DNA of 46,953 bases from Tissierellales bacterium (GCA_035301805.1 DATGTQ010000152.1:1-46953), one strand, 5' to 3'. Positions 21,104 through 30,280 are shown, counted from the first letter of the stretch. Program-made: numbers and translations. Notes: a model not told the origin generated them from the letters alone.

Positions 21104-22393
21104 ATGACAGATAGAGAAAACATATTAATCTTTAAAGGAAATATAGCATTTACACCTACTAAAGATTCTTTTATTACTTATGAAAATCATTACTTAATAG
21201 TCAAAAATGGAAAAGTAGAAGGCATTTATCCTAGTTTAGATGAAAAATATAATAATATAAAAGTTAGAAATATAGGAGATAAAATTATTATACCTGGATT
21301 TGTAGATTTACACTTTCACGCTCCTCAATACCCTAATAGGGGATTAGGATTAGATAAGGAACTTATTCCTTGGTTAGAAACTTATACCTTCCCAGAAGAA
21401 GGCAAGTATAAAGATATAGATTATGCAGAGAAAGTTTATACAAAAATGATTGAAGATATTTGGAAAAATGGAACTACAAGAATTTCTCTTTTTTCTAGTG
21501 TTCACAAAGAAAGTACTAAATTGCTTTTAGATTTATTGATAAAATCAGGCCTTGGAGGATATGTTGGTAAAGTAAACATGGATAGAAATACTTCTGAATA
21601 TTTAACAGAAGATACTAATATTTCTTTAAAAGAAACAGAAGAAATATTAATAGATTATAATAATAAATCAAGTGTAGTAAAACCTATTATTACTCCACGA
21701 TTTGTTCCTACATGTACTCCAGAATTATTAGAGGCTTTAGGAAAACTTTCTAAAGAATATAATATTCCTATTCAATCTCATCTAAATGAAAATATTGGTG
21801 AAGTAGAATGGGTAAAAGAGCTACATCCTGAATCTGAAAATTATTCTAGTGTATATAATAATTTTGGATTATTTGGACAGCAGAAAACCATTATGGCTCA
21901 TTGTATCCATAATACAGAGGAAGAGCTAGTTTTAATGGCAGAAAATCAAGTACATATAGCTCACTGTCCTCATTCAAATTATAACCTATCTAGTGGAATT
22001 ATGCCTGTTAGAACATTTTTAGATAAAGGAATACCCGTTGGTTTGGGTTCAGATGTATCAGGAGGACATAAGGTTAGTATTACTAATGTAATGGTTTCCG
22101 CTATTCAAGCTTCAAAAATAAAATGGTTAGAAACAAATAAAGAACTTGCTCCATTGACTACAAGTGAAGCATTCTATCTTGGTACAAAAGGTGGCGGCAG
22201 TTTCTTTGGAAAAGTAGGAAGCTTTGAAAAAGATTATGATTTTGATGCATTAATAATTGACGATTCAAATCTAGGCAACTTTAAAAAGCTTTCCTTAGAA
22301 GAAAGAATACAAAGATTTATTTATATTGGTGATGATAGAAATATTGAAGAAAGGTATGTTCAAGGTGTTAAAGTAGAAAAACCCCTTGTTTAA
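21104..22393 (+). CDS. guaD: guanine deaminase (amidohydrolase superfamily)
   Basis: ORF from 21095. The ATG at 21104 lies 9 nt after AAGGAG. PGFVDLHFHAPQYPNRG...LIPWLETYTFPEE matches the GuaD HxHxxQ / WL..YTFP signature. Also HLNEN..E, HCIH and GLGSDVSGG. Confidence 0.8.
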   Translation: MTDRENILIFKGNIAFTPTKDSFITYENHYLIVKNGKVEGIYPSLDEKYNNIKVRNIGDKIIIPGFVDLHFHAPQYPNRGLGLDKELIPWLETYTFPEEGKYKDIDYAEKVYTKMIEDIWKNGTTRISLFSSVHKESTKLLLDLLIKSGLGGYVGKVNMDRNTSEYLTEDTNISLKETEEILIDYNNKSSVVKPIITPRFVPTCTPELLEALGKLSKEYNIPIQSHLNENIGEVEWVKELHPESENYSSVYNNFGLFGQQKTIMAHCIHNTEEELVLMAENQVHIAHCPHSNYNLSSGIMPVRTFLDKGIPVGLGSDVSGGHKVSITNVMVSAIQASKIKWLETNKELAPLTTSEAFYLGTKGGGSFFGKVGSFEKDYDFDALIIDDSNLGNFKKLSLEERIQRFIYIGDDRNIEERYVQGVKVEKPLV

Positions 22394-22402
22394 TATTAAT
22401 TT

Positions 22403-22433
22403 AACCCTACTAATTTAGTAGGGTTATTTTTTT
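22403..22433. terminator. bidirectional intrinsic terminator
   Basis: AACCCTACTA-att-TAGTAGGGTT followed by ATTTTTTT. It lies between convergent genes. Confidence 0.8.
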
Positions 22434-22434
22434 A

Positions 22435-23370
22435 CTATGCTCCTATGATATTAGTTGCATTTTCATTTATTTCTTCAATAGTATTTACTATTTTTAAGGC
22501 TGTTTCTGTATCAAATACTTCAATAATACTACCTATATTTCTAAAAGGTTCTTCCGTTAATTCTTTGGCCTTCATAACTCCATTTTTAACTACATAATCC
22601 ACTATATGTTTTAGAAATCTAATTTGTTTACTATTTAAATTTTTATTATTTAAGAACTCAGAAAAAGCTTCATTAGCTGCCTTTTGATCTAAACCTACTA
22701 TCTCCCTTACTAAAATAGATAAAGATTTGTCTCCATATTCTCTTTCATATTCTTCTTTAGTTCCAACTTCACTCCATAAAATTTTTTCTAACTCTTTAAA
22801 ATCACTAGCTGTAAGTCTTTCATTATTTTTTAGTTTGTATATAGAAATATGATTTTGATTTTCATTTATATAACGATTAACTTTCTTTTTATAGTCTTTA
22901 AAATCTTCTATTGTAAATTCTCCTTCACTTTCTATTATATTAGTTACTTCATCTTGAATATTTGTAAAATATATACCTCCTCTTTCATAGATACTTAAAC
23001 TCTTTCTATTTAATTCTCTTTCCTCCAGGTAATCCTCCTTTTCAATCGTTCCTAAACTATAAGCTTCATATAATTTTTTTAAATCTGAATTAAGCCTAGA
23101 AATCCTAAAAGAAAGGGAAATCCGATGTTTTTCTACCACCTCAATCTTCATCTTGCTTATACCAATTATCCTATCTTTACAATATGCTCCACTTGCATCA
23201 ATACTCAGTACATTTCTTAGTTTTTTATTACTTCTAACCCCATTCCTCATTAGAAGCGGCTTAGTATTACCATTAAAAATTATACCTCTATACTTATTGA
23301 CTGGATTTCTTTCTAGATCGTATCTTGTTATTTTAAAGTGGTCTTTCTTTTTATTGTTATCAAGTATCTC
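22435..23370 (-). pseudogene. hsdR: type I restriction enzyme R subunit, C-terminal fragment only
   Basis: The open frame runs from the stop at 23371-23373. The C-terminal ~150 aa (KLKNNERLTASDFKELEKILWSEVGTKEEYEREYGDKSLSILVREIVGLDQKAANEAFSEFLNNKNLNSKQIRFLKHIVDYVVKNGVM..EEPF) match the HsdR C-terminal (EcoEI_R_C-like) domain. The nuclease/helicase body is absent. Confidence 0.65.
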
Positions 23371-23556
23371 CTAAGCTGCCAAAAATAAATCATTTGGAAT
23401 TATAGCTTCATGGAGTTTTCTACAATTATCCATTTATCTTTAGGTTTTTGCCTATGATGGCCAGACTTTTACATCTAAACTGCTAAGTTATATTTTTTAA
23501 TTTTAATTACTTCAAATCTTATTATGTTGCGACGCATTTTACTAAAATTATGAACT

Positions 23557-23597
23557 AAAAAATACCGTATATTCTTTTGAATAATACGGTATTTTTA
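23557..23597. terminator. intrinsic terminator downstream of the deaminase gene (bidirectional shape)
   Basis: ATACCGTAT-n13-ATACGGTAT flanked by A5 on one side and T5 on the other. Confidence 0.65.
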
Positions 23598-23685
23598 TTA
23601 ATTTATATTTAATTTTCTCTTCTTAATATATTAAATTTACTCATAGAAATTTATCTGTTTCTAAAGCCAGATAAAGTAAAATTCC

Positions 23686-24144
23686 TTATACAAAAGAATA
23701 ACCATCAAAAGCTTTCAAACCTTCCTCATTTAATAGTTCACCTACAACAATTGTCTGATGTGGACTTCTTTCAAACACTTCTTTGCATGGAATCATAATA
23801 TTACCCCCTGCAATTTCTGCTAATTGTTCATGTGAGACACTATATACCAATTTTCCAAGTTTAGACCAAACCATAGCACTTGAACACATAGCACATGGCT
23901 CACAACTTGAATATAGTATATATTTACTTAAATCATTTACTTTGTTTTCTAAACAAAATTTACGAATCAATCCAATTTCAGCATGATGTGTAGGATCAGA
24001 AATTGAATTAATTTGATTTTCTCCACTCATCACAATTTCATTATCCTTTACTAATACGGCTCCAAATGGTTCATTTCCCTGTTCTCTTGCCTTTAAAGAT
24101 AGTTCAATTGCTTTTTTAATAAAATATTCATCATTCTTTATCAT
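23686..24144 (-). CDS. CDA-fold nucleoside/guanine deaminase (zinc-dependent)
   Basis: The ATG at 24144 (MIKNDEYF) lies 5 nt after GGAGG. It has the HAE (THHAEIGLI) and PCxxC (CEPCAMC) zinc motifs. At ~152 aa it is the size and architecture of B. subtilis GuaD/TadA-like deaminases. Confidence 0.85.
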   Translation of the reverse strand: MIKNDEYFIKKAIELSLKAREQGNEPFGAVLVKDNEIVMSGENQINSISDPTHHAEIGLIRKFCLENKVNDLSKYILYSSCEPCAMCSSAMVWSKLGKLVYSVSHEQLAEIAGGNIMIPCKEVFERSPHQTIVVGELLNEEGLKAFDGYSFV

Positions 24145-24310
24145 AATAGCCTCCATTATAAAAATCAGACTGATATTTATATTTTAGTGTAAAAAATAAT
24201 AGATAAATATCATTACATAATAATATAAAACAAATCATATTTCAATAAATATTTAATTTTTTACTAAAATGATAACCTAATTATATACTGCATTATTCAA
24301 TTTTCAAAGG

Positions 24311-24359
24311 TCATTTAGTTCGCAATTTTAAACTATGACGAACTCATTTAGTTCGTCAT
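24311..24359. repeat. junction motif cluster: direct repeat TCATTTAGTTCG x2 plus a perfect 10-bp hairpin
   Basis: TCATTTAGTTCG occurs at 24311-24322 and 24344-24355. ATGACGAACT-cattt-AGTTCGTCAT is at 24335-24359. The 15-mer TCGCAaTTTTAAACT (24320-24334) recurs at 24956-24970. Confidence 0.6.
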
Positions 24360-24431
24360 TTACTAATATTACGTATCAACCTGACCTTATACTGTTATCA
24401 TTTTCTCAACTATACAAATTTAAATTTGCAG

Positions 24432-24923
24432 CTACAGTATACAATAGTGAGGAATGATATCTTCATATGTTCCATCTTTCATCAGAAATCCATTAGTAAT
24501 AACTCCTAATTTAGTAAATCCAAGCTTTTCATATAGTCGAAGTGCATATTCATTTGACTTAACTACTGCATTAAATTGTAAAATCTTAAAGTTTAATTCT
24601 TTTGCCTTGTTCATACTATGAATAACAAGTTTTTCACCAATACGATGACCACGCATACATTTTTTTACTGCATAACTTGCGTTAGAAATATGGCCACATC
24701 GTCCAACGTTATTAGGATGAAGTATATATAGACCAACAATTTCTTTTCTGTCTATATCATAGGCAACACCAGTAAAGGATTGTTTTGAAAAGAAATCATC
24801 CCCACTGCTCTCCGTTAATAAATTCATCTGTGGAAAAGCAATACCATCTTGAACAACCTCATTCCATATATAAATTATTTCTACAATATCTTCTTTATCA
24901 TATGCTTTTATTTCAATATTCAT
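24432..24923 (-). CDS. GNAT family N-acetyltransferase
   Basis: 163 aa with the acetyl-CoA motif A region (RGHRIGEKLVIHSMNKAKELNF..LQFNAV..NEYALRLYEKLGF). Confidence 0.88.
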   Translation of the reverse strand: MNIEIKAYDKEDIVEIIYIWNEVVQDGIAFPQMNLLTESSGDDFFSKQSFTGVAYDIDRKEIVGLYILHPNNVGRCGHISNASYAVKKCMRGHRIGEKLVIHSMNKAKELNFKILQFNAVVKSNEYALRLYEKLGFTKLGVITNGFLMKDGTYEDIIPHYCIL

Positions 24924-25159
24924 ATATATCTACCCCCCCAAAAATAACTTTTATGTCGCACTTTTAAACTGATACCTCGTAGCTGACAGTGATTATAATA
25001 TAAATATACCATATAATTATAAATTCTTAAAGAATTAAATCCCTGCTTTTCATACACTGCTTACAACAATTATCTACTAATTACTCTAAGCAATACATGA
25101 AATATATTTGTTAAAGTTCCTGAAAGCCTTGATTTTATAATACATATTACACCTATCAC

Positions 25160-25485
25160 TATTATGACACGTTCCCATGTAACCATTACGGCGTATATAT
25201 TTTTTCATCACTATTACTTAACTTTGCCAAAATACTTCCAATAGCTCCTTCTAATCCGTAGCTTACAGTACCTGCATTAGCATCATCCTATGCAATAATT
25301 ATATCATCTTTATTTACTATAATATATTTTTCACTAGGCATACAATATTTAATATTCTAATCATTCCTTAAATGTTCTATTTGAATATATGGTATACTGC
25401 CTTCTTTTTTTACTTCAAGTTCTATAACCTTTTTTCCTTTTCTAATATTATAATAATCCCCTAATCGTATACTCTTAATTGTCAT
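25160..25485 (-). pseudogene. hsdS: type I R-M specificity subunit, N-terminal TRD fragment with in-frame stops
   Basis: MTIKSIRLGDYYNIRKGKKV..GSIPYIQIEHLRND*NIKY..NKDDIIIA*DDANAGTVSYGLEGAIGSILAKL..YTP*. Three nonsense codons, including TAG where HsdS has the conserved W(DG). Truncated after ~105 codons. Confidence 0.65.
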
Positions 25486-25488
25486 AAT

Positions 25489-25886
25489 ATCACTTTCCCT
25501 CTACCATTCTTTCCAATTCACCTAATCCATCCCTTATCTCTACTTCTAGACCTTTTATCTCCTCTAATATTACCCCTGGTTCTTCATTTCCATATAATTC
25601 TTTAATGAACGGAAATACCTCTTCTGAAACTATTTGATACACTTTTCTGCCTCATAATTTTGAAATTAACTCTATCTTAAATATTGCCTGTCATCTGGAA
25701 ATATTCTTTTAAATTCTATACCTAAAACCTGGGATTCCTTTTCTTTTTTAGTTTCTAAATTATCTAATCCTCTTATAAATAATAGATATGTAATTTATCA
25801 ATAACTGAAAGGGGATTGGTAACTCCTCCAGTCCAAAATACCTCCCATATTCTATCAACTTTATTTCTAGTATCTCCTTCTAACAT
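25489..25886 (-). pseudogene. hsdM: type I R-M methyltransferase remnant (HsdM N-domain plus C-terminal tail; catalytic core missing)
   Basis: RBS GGAGGA precedes the ATG at 25886. MLEGDTRNKVDRIWEVFWTGGVTNPLSVIDKL..YLFIRGLDNLE matches the HsdM_N domain. Frame breaks and stops follow. The total is ~130 codons versus ~500 expected. Confidence 0.6.
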
Positions 25887-26020
25887 TAGATTCCTCCTAA
25901 ACTAGTCTATTTCTTACTTTAGTATATTTATCTATATATATTTTATAGTAATTAGGGATCATTGCAAGATTGGTAAGATTTTTTGGTTTTTGGAGGGTAT
26001 TGAGAGTTGGTGGGAATTTT

Positions 26021-26458
26021 TTACGGAAAAATTAAAAGCTCTTCTGGATATAGATAATTATTGGCGAACCCAGCAAAAACCAAACTATCCGGAAAATACT
26101 TTTTAACAATACTTTCATACTTTCCAACAACTATAGGTTCCATCACATAACCTACATACCCATCCTCATAAGTTACCGAACCATCTTCTTCATATGTTCT
26201 CACTAAAGCAAATACTCTATCATCATTCTCCCTATCCTTCGGATATGCTAACATATGTTCTCTTCCTGGATTTCCCCACCATGCAAAATCAATGGAATCT
26301 ACTTCAAATTCTTCACCATATTTATCTTCTAAATAATCAAGCATTTCTTCTAGAACTTCTTCTTTCGTTGGTAAACCTTTCTTTTCTTCTTTCTTTTTCA
26401 TAGTACAACCACTTAAGATTAAAGTTAATAATAGCAGTAATAATAATATTCTTTTCAT
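26021..26458 (-). CDS. lipoprotein, unknown function
   Basis: MKRILLLLLLLTLILSGC lipobox (LSGC); 145 aa. Confidence 0.75.
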   Translation of the reverse strand: MKRILLLLLLLTLILSGCTMKKKEEKKGLPTKEEVLEEMLDYLEDKYGEEFEVDSIDFAWWGNPGREHMLAYPKDRENDDRVFALVRTYEEDGSVTYEDGYVGYVMEPIVVGKYESIVKKYFPDSLVFAGFANNYLYPEELLIFP

Positions 26459-26845
26459 CTACTTTATCTCCTAACTTTTCAAATAAAATAGTCTACCTTT
26501 TTAAATTATAAACTCCCCATGTGGTATCTCATTAGACTTATTACTTTAAAACCCCTGATAATTTTTTGTAATTCTAATCAAAGTCAGGTATATTATGAGT
26601 TTTTACGACATAATCCGATTTGTTCCTATACTGTATATATATGTATGTTTAATTTATTATACCCTATTATTATACTGGCCTCAACTGTATATTATATATT
26701 ATGATAAAATATTGATTTTACTTAATTTTATCCAAAAACAAAAAGGGTTTCACCCCAATTTATCGAATTAATTAAGTGTGAACAAAAATCATCCGAGAAG
26801 AATGAAACCCCTTAATATGTATATTTGAGAAACAACTCTATTTCC

Positions 26846-26980
26846 TTTGAGGAATTTATAGAATTCCAACAAGAAACTAATTTAGAATTCATTTTATCTC
26901 AAATTGATGTCTTAAAACTTGCTAATGTTCTGAGAAAACCTAGTAATTCTAAAGGCTCGAAGGACCATGAACCTGAATGA
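26846..26980 (+). mobile_element. transposase N-terminal remnant (DUF772 / IS5-IS1182-like)
   Basis: The 45-codon frame FEEFIEFQQETNLEFILSQIDVLKLANVLRKPSNSKGSKDHEPE* resembles the 'leefIp..h..r.Id..vd.l.l.......GrpaY.P' N-terminus of these transposases. No DDE domain follows. Confidence 0.35.
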
Positions 26981-26982
26981 TT

Positions 26983-27018
26983 AATATATTCTTTAATATA
27001 TTCTTTAATATATTCTTT
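26983..27018. repeat. 12-bp tandem repeat x3 (AATATATTCTTT)
   Basis: Three perfect copies read directly, followed by a degenerate fourth (AATCTTTTCTGT). Confidence 0.9.
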
Positions 27019-27115
27019 AATCTTTTCTGTTGCATAATATCACTCTAATTTATATTTTCTTATATTATAGGATATAAAATAACTAGCTATTATACTACAG
27101 CCAGTCAATTATATC

Positions 27116-27795
27116 CTATAATATATATTTTTTAACATCTTCTAGGCTTTCATATTCAAATATACCATCGATTATAATTTCTAAAGTTACGGCATCTAGT
27201 TTTGATATTCCTATCTTAAGTTCTTCCGGTAAAACTCCAAACTTTTTAGTTAATAATTTTATCACAGCCTTTTCAAGAGCTTTCGTTTTTCCTTTTTCTA
27301 TTCCTTTTTCCATTCCTTTTTCCATTCCCTTTTCTATTCCTTCTTTTCTAAGTATTTCAGCTAAAGTCATAACCCGCTCACTCCCTTCTGGATAGGTATT
27401 TTCAATCTTTTGAACTATCTTATTAATATCTTTTTTGGATACGTCTTTGCCAGCACTAAAAATATATCTCATAAGTATTTCAAAATATTCTATTCCCATT
27501 TGTTTATCTTCTAGTTCTTGTAGATATTCTATTGATTTTAAAATAGATTTAAACAATTCTTCACTATCTTTTGTAAATATATCCCTCTCTTTATTTATAT
27601 CTACCTTGAAAAGTAAATCTGAAAAGCCTTCTTGAAGTTCTTTGTTTATAAAACTATCTTTTTGGGGCTCTATTGTGTCTAAATCTATGATTTGCATAAT
27701 GCTTTCTGGTAAATAGTTACTTAAAAAGTTCTTTGCTACTTCTATATCCCCAAAGGTTTCCTTAAAAACTTATCGTGTGGACTTTGTATTTTCAT
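27116..27795 (-). pseudogene. Rpn/YhgA-like PD-(D/E)XK recombination-promoting nuclease / putative transposase, frameshifted and apparently internally deleted
   Basis: The ATG at 27795 gives MKIQSPHDKF. The frame is then lost at a T5 run, and the restored reading is FKETFGDIEVAKNFLSNYLPESIMQIIDL... joining ORF 27116..27697. A DUF4351-like C-terminus carries GIEKGMEKGMEKGIEKG repeats. The total of ~225 codons is short for the family (~290-300). Confidence 0.65.
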
Positions 27796-28093
27796 CTCAT
27801 CACCTACCTACTTTTATTAGACCTTATAATTTGGTAGTGTCACATAGAATTTATAGTTTTAAATTTTTCTCTCAAATCCATAGCATCAAATATTTATAAT
27901 ATTCCTGGTATCTCTTTAATTTAATCCTAATATTTTTTGATTTTCATTTCCGTCTACTATTGACTCGTTTTTAATAATAATCACAATATGATCTGTGCCC
28001 TATATTAATATTTTTTAGATAAATCCGTATAATATTCTTCACTCTTTCAAGGAATTTCCCCTTCATTTTACTACCCTCTAAATTCCCTAACCA

Positions 28094-28543
28094 TCATTCA
28101 TCTTTTTCTGCAAGTTTATTTTTAGAGATATGGTAACGCTGAAAAGAAATAAGTAATATATTTATTAATATTAATGGTATAAAGATACTGGATAAAAGCT
28201 TATTTCCTTTACCTACTACTATTATTATAAAGAACAAGGCTAATGATAAATAACTTATTTTAAGCTTATTAGAAACTGCATTTGACCATAAAAGTATATT
28301 TAAAGGTAAAGTAAACATCCCTATAACAGCTGGAATCCAACCTAATAGTAATGTACCTAATCCATACTCATAGGTACCTTCTAATTCTTGCAATCCCGAA
28401 GGACTATATATATCTGCAGTTGCCCTAAACAACATAAATGTAATTATAGTCACTACAATTGCTAAGATAAAACCACAAATAATCTGTATAATTTCTGATG
28501 CACTCCAGTTCTCTTTATCTGGAATAGGTTTCTTTATCACCAT
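28094..28543 (-). CDS. integral membrane protein, unknown function
   Basis: 149 aa with about four predicted TM helices. No motif recognised. Uses a TGA stop. Confidence 0.6.
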   Translation of the reverse strand: MVIKKPIPDKENWSASEIIQIICGFILAIVVTIITFMLFRATADIYSPSGLQELEGTYEYGLGTLLLGWIPAVIGMFTLPLNILLWSNAVSNKLKISYLSLALFFIIIVVGKGNKLLSSIFIPLILINILLISFQRYHISKNKLAEKDE

Positions 28544-28855
28544 TGTATCACCGCTCTTTCAATATAATAGTTATTAACTAAATAATTAATTATCTTTGTT
28601 ATAGCTTATATTCTATAAATACTGTAAATATTCCTCTAATTCTTCGTAATGGGGCTTTTATAACTTTATTAATTTCATACATAATAGTTTATTCCCTATT
28701 TTATAAACTTACTGGTCTATATCAATAAGTCTATTGTGCTTCAATTTATATTTTTTGCCAGTAATATATGGATATTAACAATGATTCTTAATATATTTTA
28801 CATTGTAGGAATATATGTTATACTAATTAACATACTAAATACAGGGAGTGATTCT

Positions 28856-30202
28856 TTGAATATTTCTGGCAAGACCCCTCTTATGCGGGCCAAAAAGTTA
28901 GAGCAATATCTAGGGGTTAAAAAAATTTACTTAAAACTTGAAGGTTCAAATCCATACGGGCATAAATTTGATAGGATATCGGAGGTAATAATTAAGGATG
29001 CTATAAATCAAAACAAGGATAAAATCCTCGTTAACGGTTCAAATGACTACATCAATTCTATTATTCATTTTGCTGAAAAAGAAAATATTGAAGTAAATAT
29101 TCCATATTTTAAAGGAGAGGATTGGAAGCTTCCTTTGTTTCCCCAGGAATCTTTAGTTGATTTCAGTAAAAGTGACACAAGCCATATGTATAAGCTAGTT
29201 GGCGGTTACTGTAATGAGCATAATATGTATAATGCATCTAATGGATATAGAAATAGAAATCTTAGTGTCATTGCATTACAACAATTAGGAGAAGAAATAT
29301 CAGACAAACTTGGAAATAATATATCAACAGTATTTACTCAGCTTAGTTATGGATACACTGTAGCCAGCCTTTATAATGGCTTTGTAAACAAATGGGCACA
29401 TGGTCATATTAACAAATATCCTAAAATATTTTCTTGTACTATTCCTAAAGGCAATGCTATCTTTGACGATTATAAAAAAAATATGGGAATCGATGGTTTA
29501 GAGAACTATAATATAGAAGTAAATAAATATACAAGGCATTTATTCACTGGAAAGGGTTCTCTTTTGGAAGACACTTTAAAAGCGATTCACGATACAGAAG
29601 GTAGAATAGTATCTGTAAATCAAGATCTCTTAAAGGAAAGTGCTAAAGTTTTAAGAGAACAAGAAAATATTATTTTGTCAACAGAAGAAGCTTATTCTTT
29701 TGCTGGTTTTTATAAGCTGGCAAAGGAAGGTAAGATTAAAAATGGTAAACATGCAATTATTTTAAATGATGGCAAAAGTGACTTACAATTATATAGGGTA
29801 AAAGATTTTGAAAAATATCCTAAAGAAGAAATCTCTAAATGGATTAAAGAATGGCTTCTAGATTATTCAGATCCATTAAAAGAAACTTTAGATGCCGTAA
29901 ATACTGCAGTAGATACGGGTTTTATACTCTTGGCACTTCGGAATAATATTCCACAAGGGGTTTGTGTTGTAGTTCATTCTGGATTTAAAGACTTTATTCC
30001 CACTTACCACCTTGCATATATAGTAACTAAAAAAGGTAATAAAGGACGGGGTATTGCTACAGAATTAATTAATGAGATGATAGAACTTACTAATGGTAAT
30101 CTATCACTACATGTAGATTTCGATAATAAAAGAGCTATTAGCTTATACGAAAAATTAGGTTTTGAAACTAAATATGCTAGAATGATATATTCTGAGGAAT
30201 AA
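28856..30202 (+). CDS. fusion protein: PLP-dependent fold-type II (threonine synthase/cysteine synthase-like) domain + C-terminal GNAT domain
   Basis: ORF from 28736. The likely start is the TTG at 28856, 5 nt after GGGAGTG. The N-domain reads GKTPLMRAKKLEQYLGVKKIYLKLEGSNPYGHKFDR (compare TPL...L.lK.E..NPTGSFKDR). The C-domain reads HLAYIVTKKGNKGRGIATELINEMIE...NKRAISLYEKLGF (GNAT motif A). Confidence 0.75.
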   Translation: MNISGKTPLMRAKKLEQYLGVKKIYLKLEGSNPYGHKFDRISEVIIKDAINQNKDKILVNGSNDYINSIIHFAEKENIEVNIPYFKGEDWKLPLFPQESLVDFSKSDTSHMYKLVGGYCNEHNMYNASNGYRNRNLSVIALQQLGEEISDKLGNNISTVFTQLSYGYTVASLYNGFVNKWAHGHINKYPKIFSCTIPKGNAIFDDYKKNMGIDGLENYNIEVNKYTRHLFTGKGSLLEDTLKAIHDTEGRIVSVNQDLLKESAKVLREQENIILSTEEAYSFAGFYKLAKEGKIKNGKHAIILNDGKSDLQLYRVKDFEKYPKEEISKWIKEWLLDYSDPLKETLDAVNTAVDTGFILLALRNNIPQGVCVVVHSGFKDFIPTYHLAYIVTKKGNKGRGIATELINEMIELTNGNLSLHVDFDNKRAISLYEKLGFETKYARMIYSEE

Positions 30203-30235
30203 TATAAAAAGGAACTACTTCAAATAAACAATCAA

Positions 30236-30280
30236 TAAAAAAAGGGGTCTAGAAGCTATTTAGCTTAGACCTCTTTTTTA
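30236..30280. terminator. intrinsic terminator after the PLP-GNAT gene
   Basis: A7 followed by GGGGTCTAG-n11-CTTAGACCTC and TTTTTT. Confidence 0.75.

Noticed and set aside
22900-23370. The N-terminal half of ORF 22435..23250 and its upstream extension as a serine-recombinase-like coiled-coil, which might imply a phase-variable (shufflon-type) R-M locus.
   Set aside because: The resemblance rests on a short KKLYEAYSLGTIEKEDYLEE stretch. No catalytic resolvase or integrase motifs are present, and no inverted hsdS half-genes are visible. It is more likely part of the HsdR remnant.
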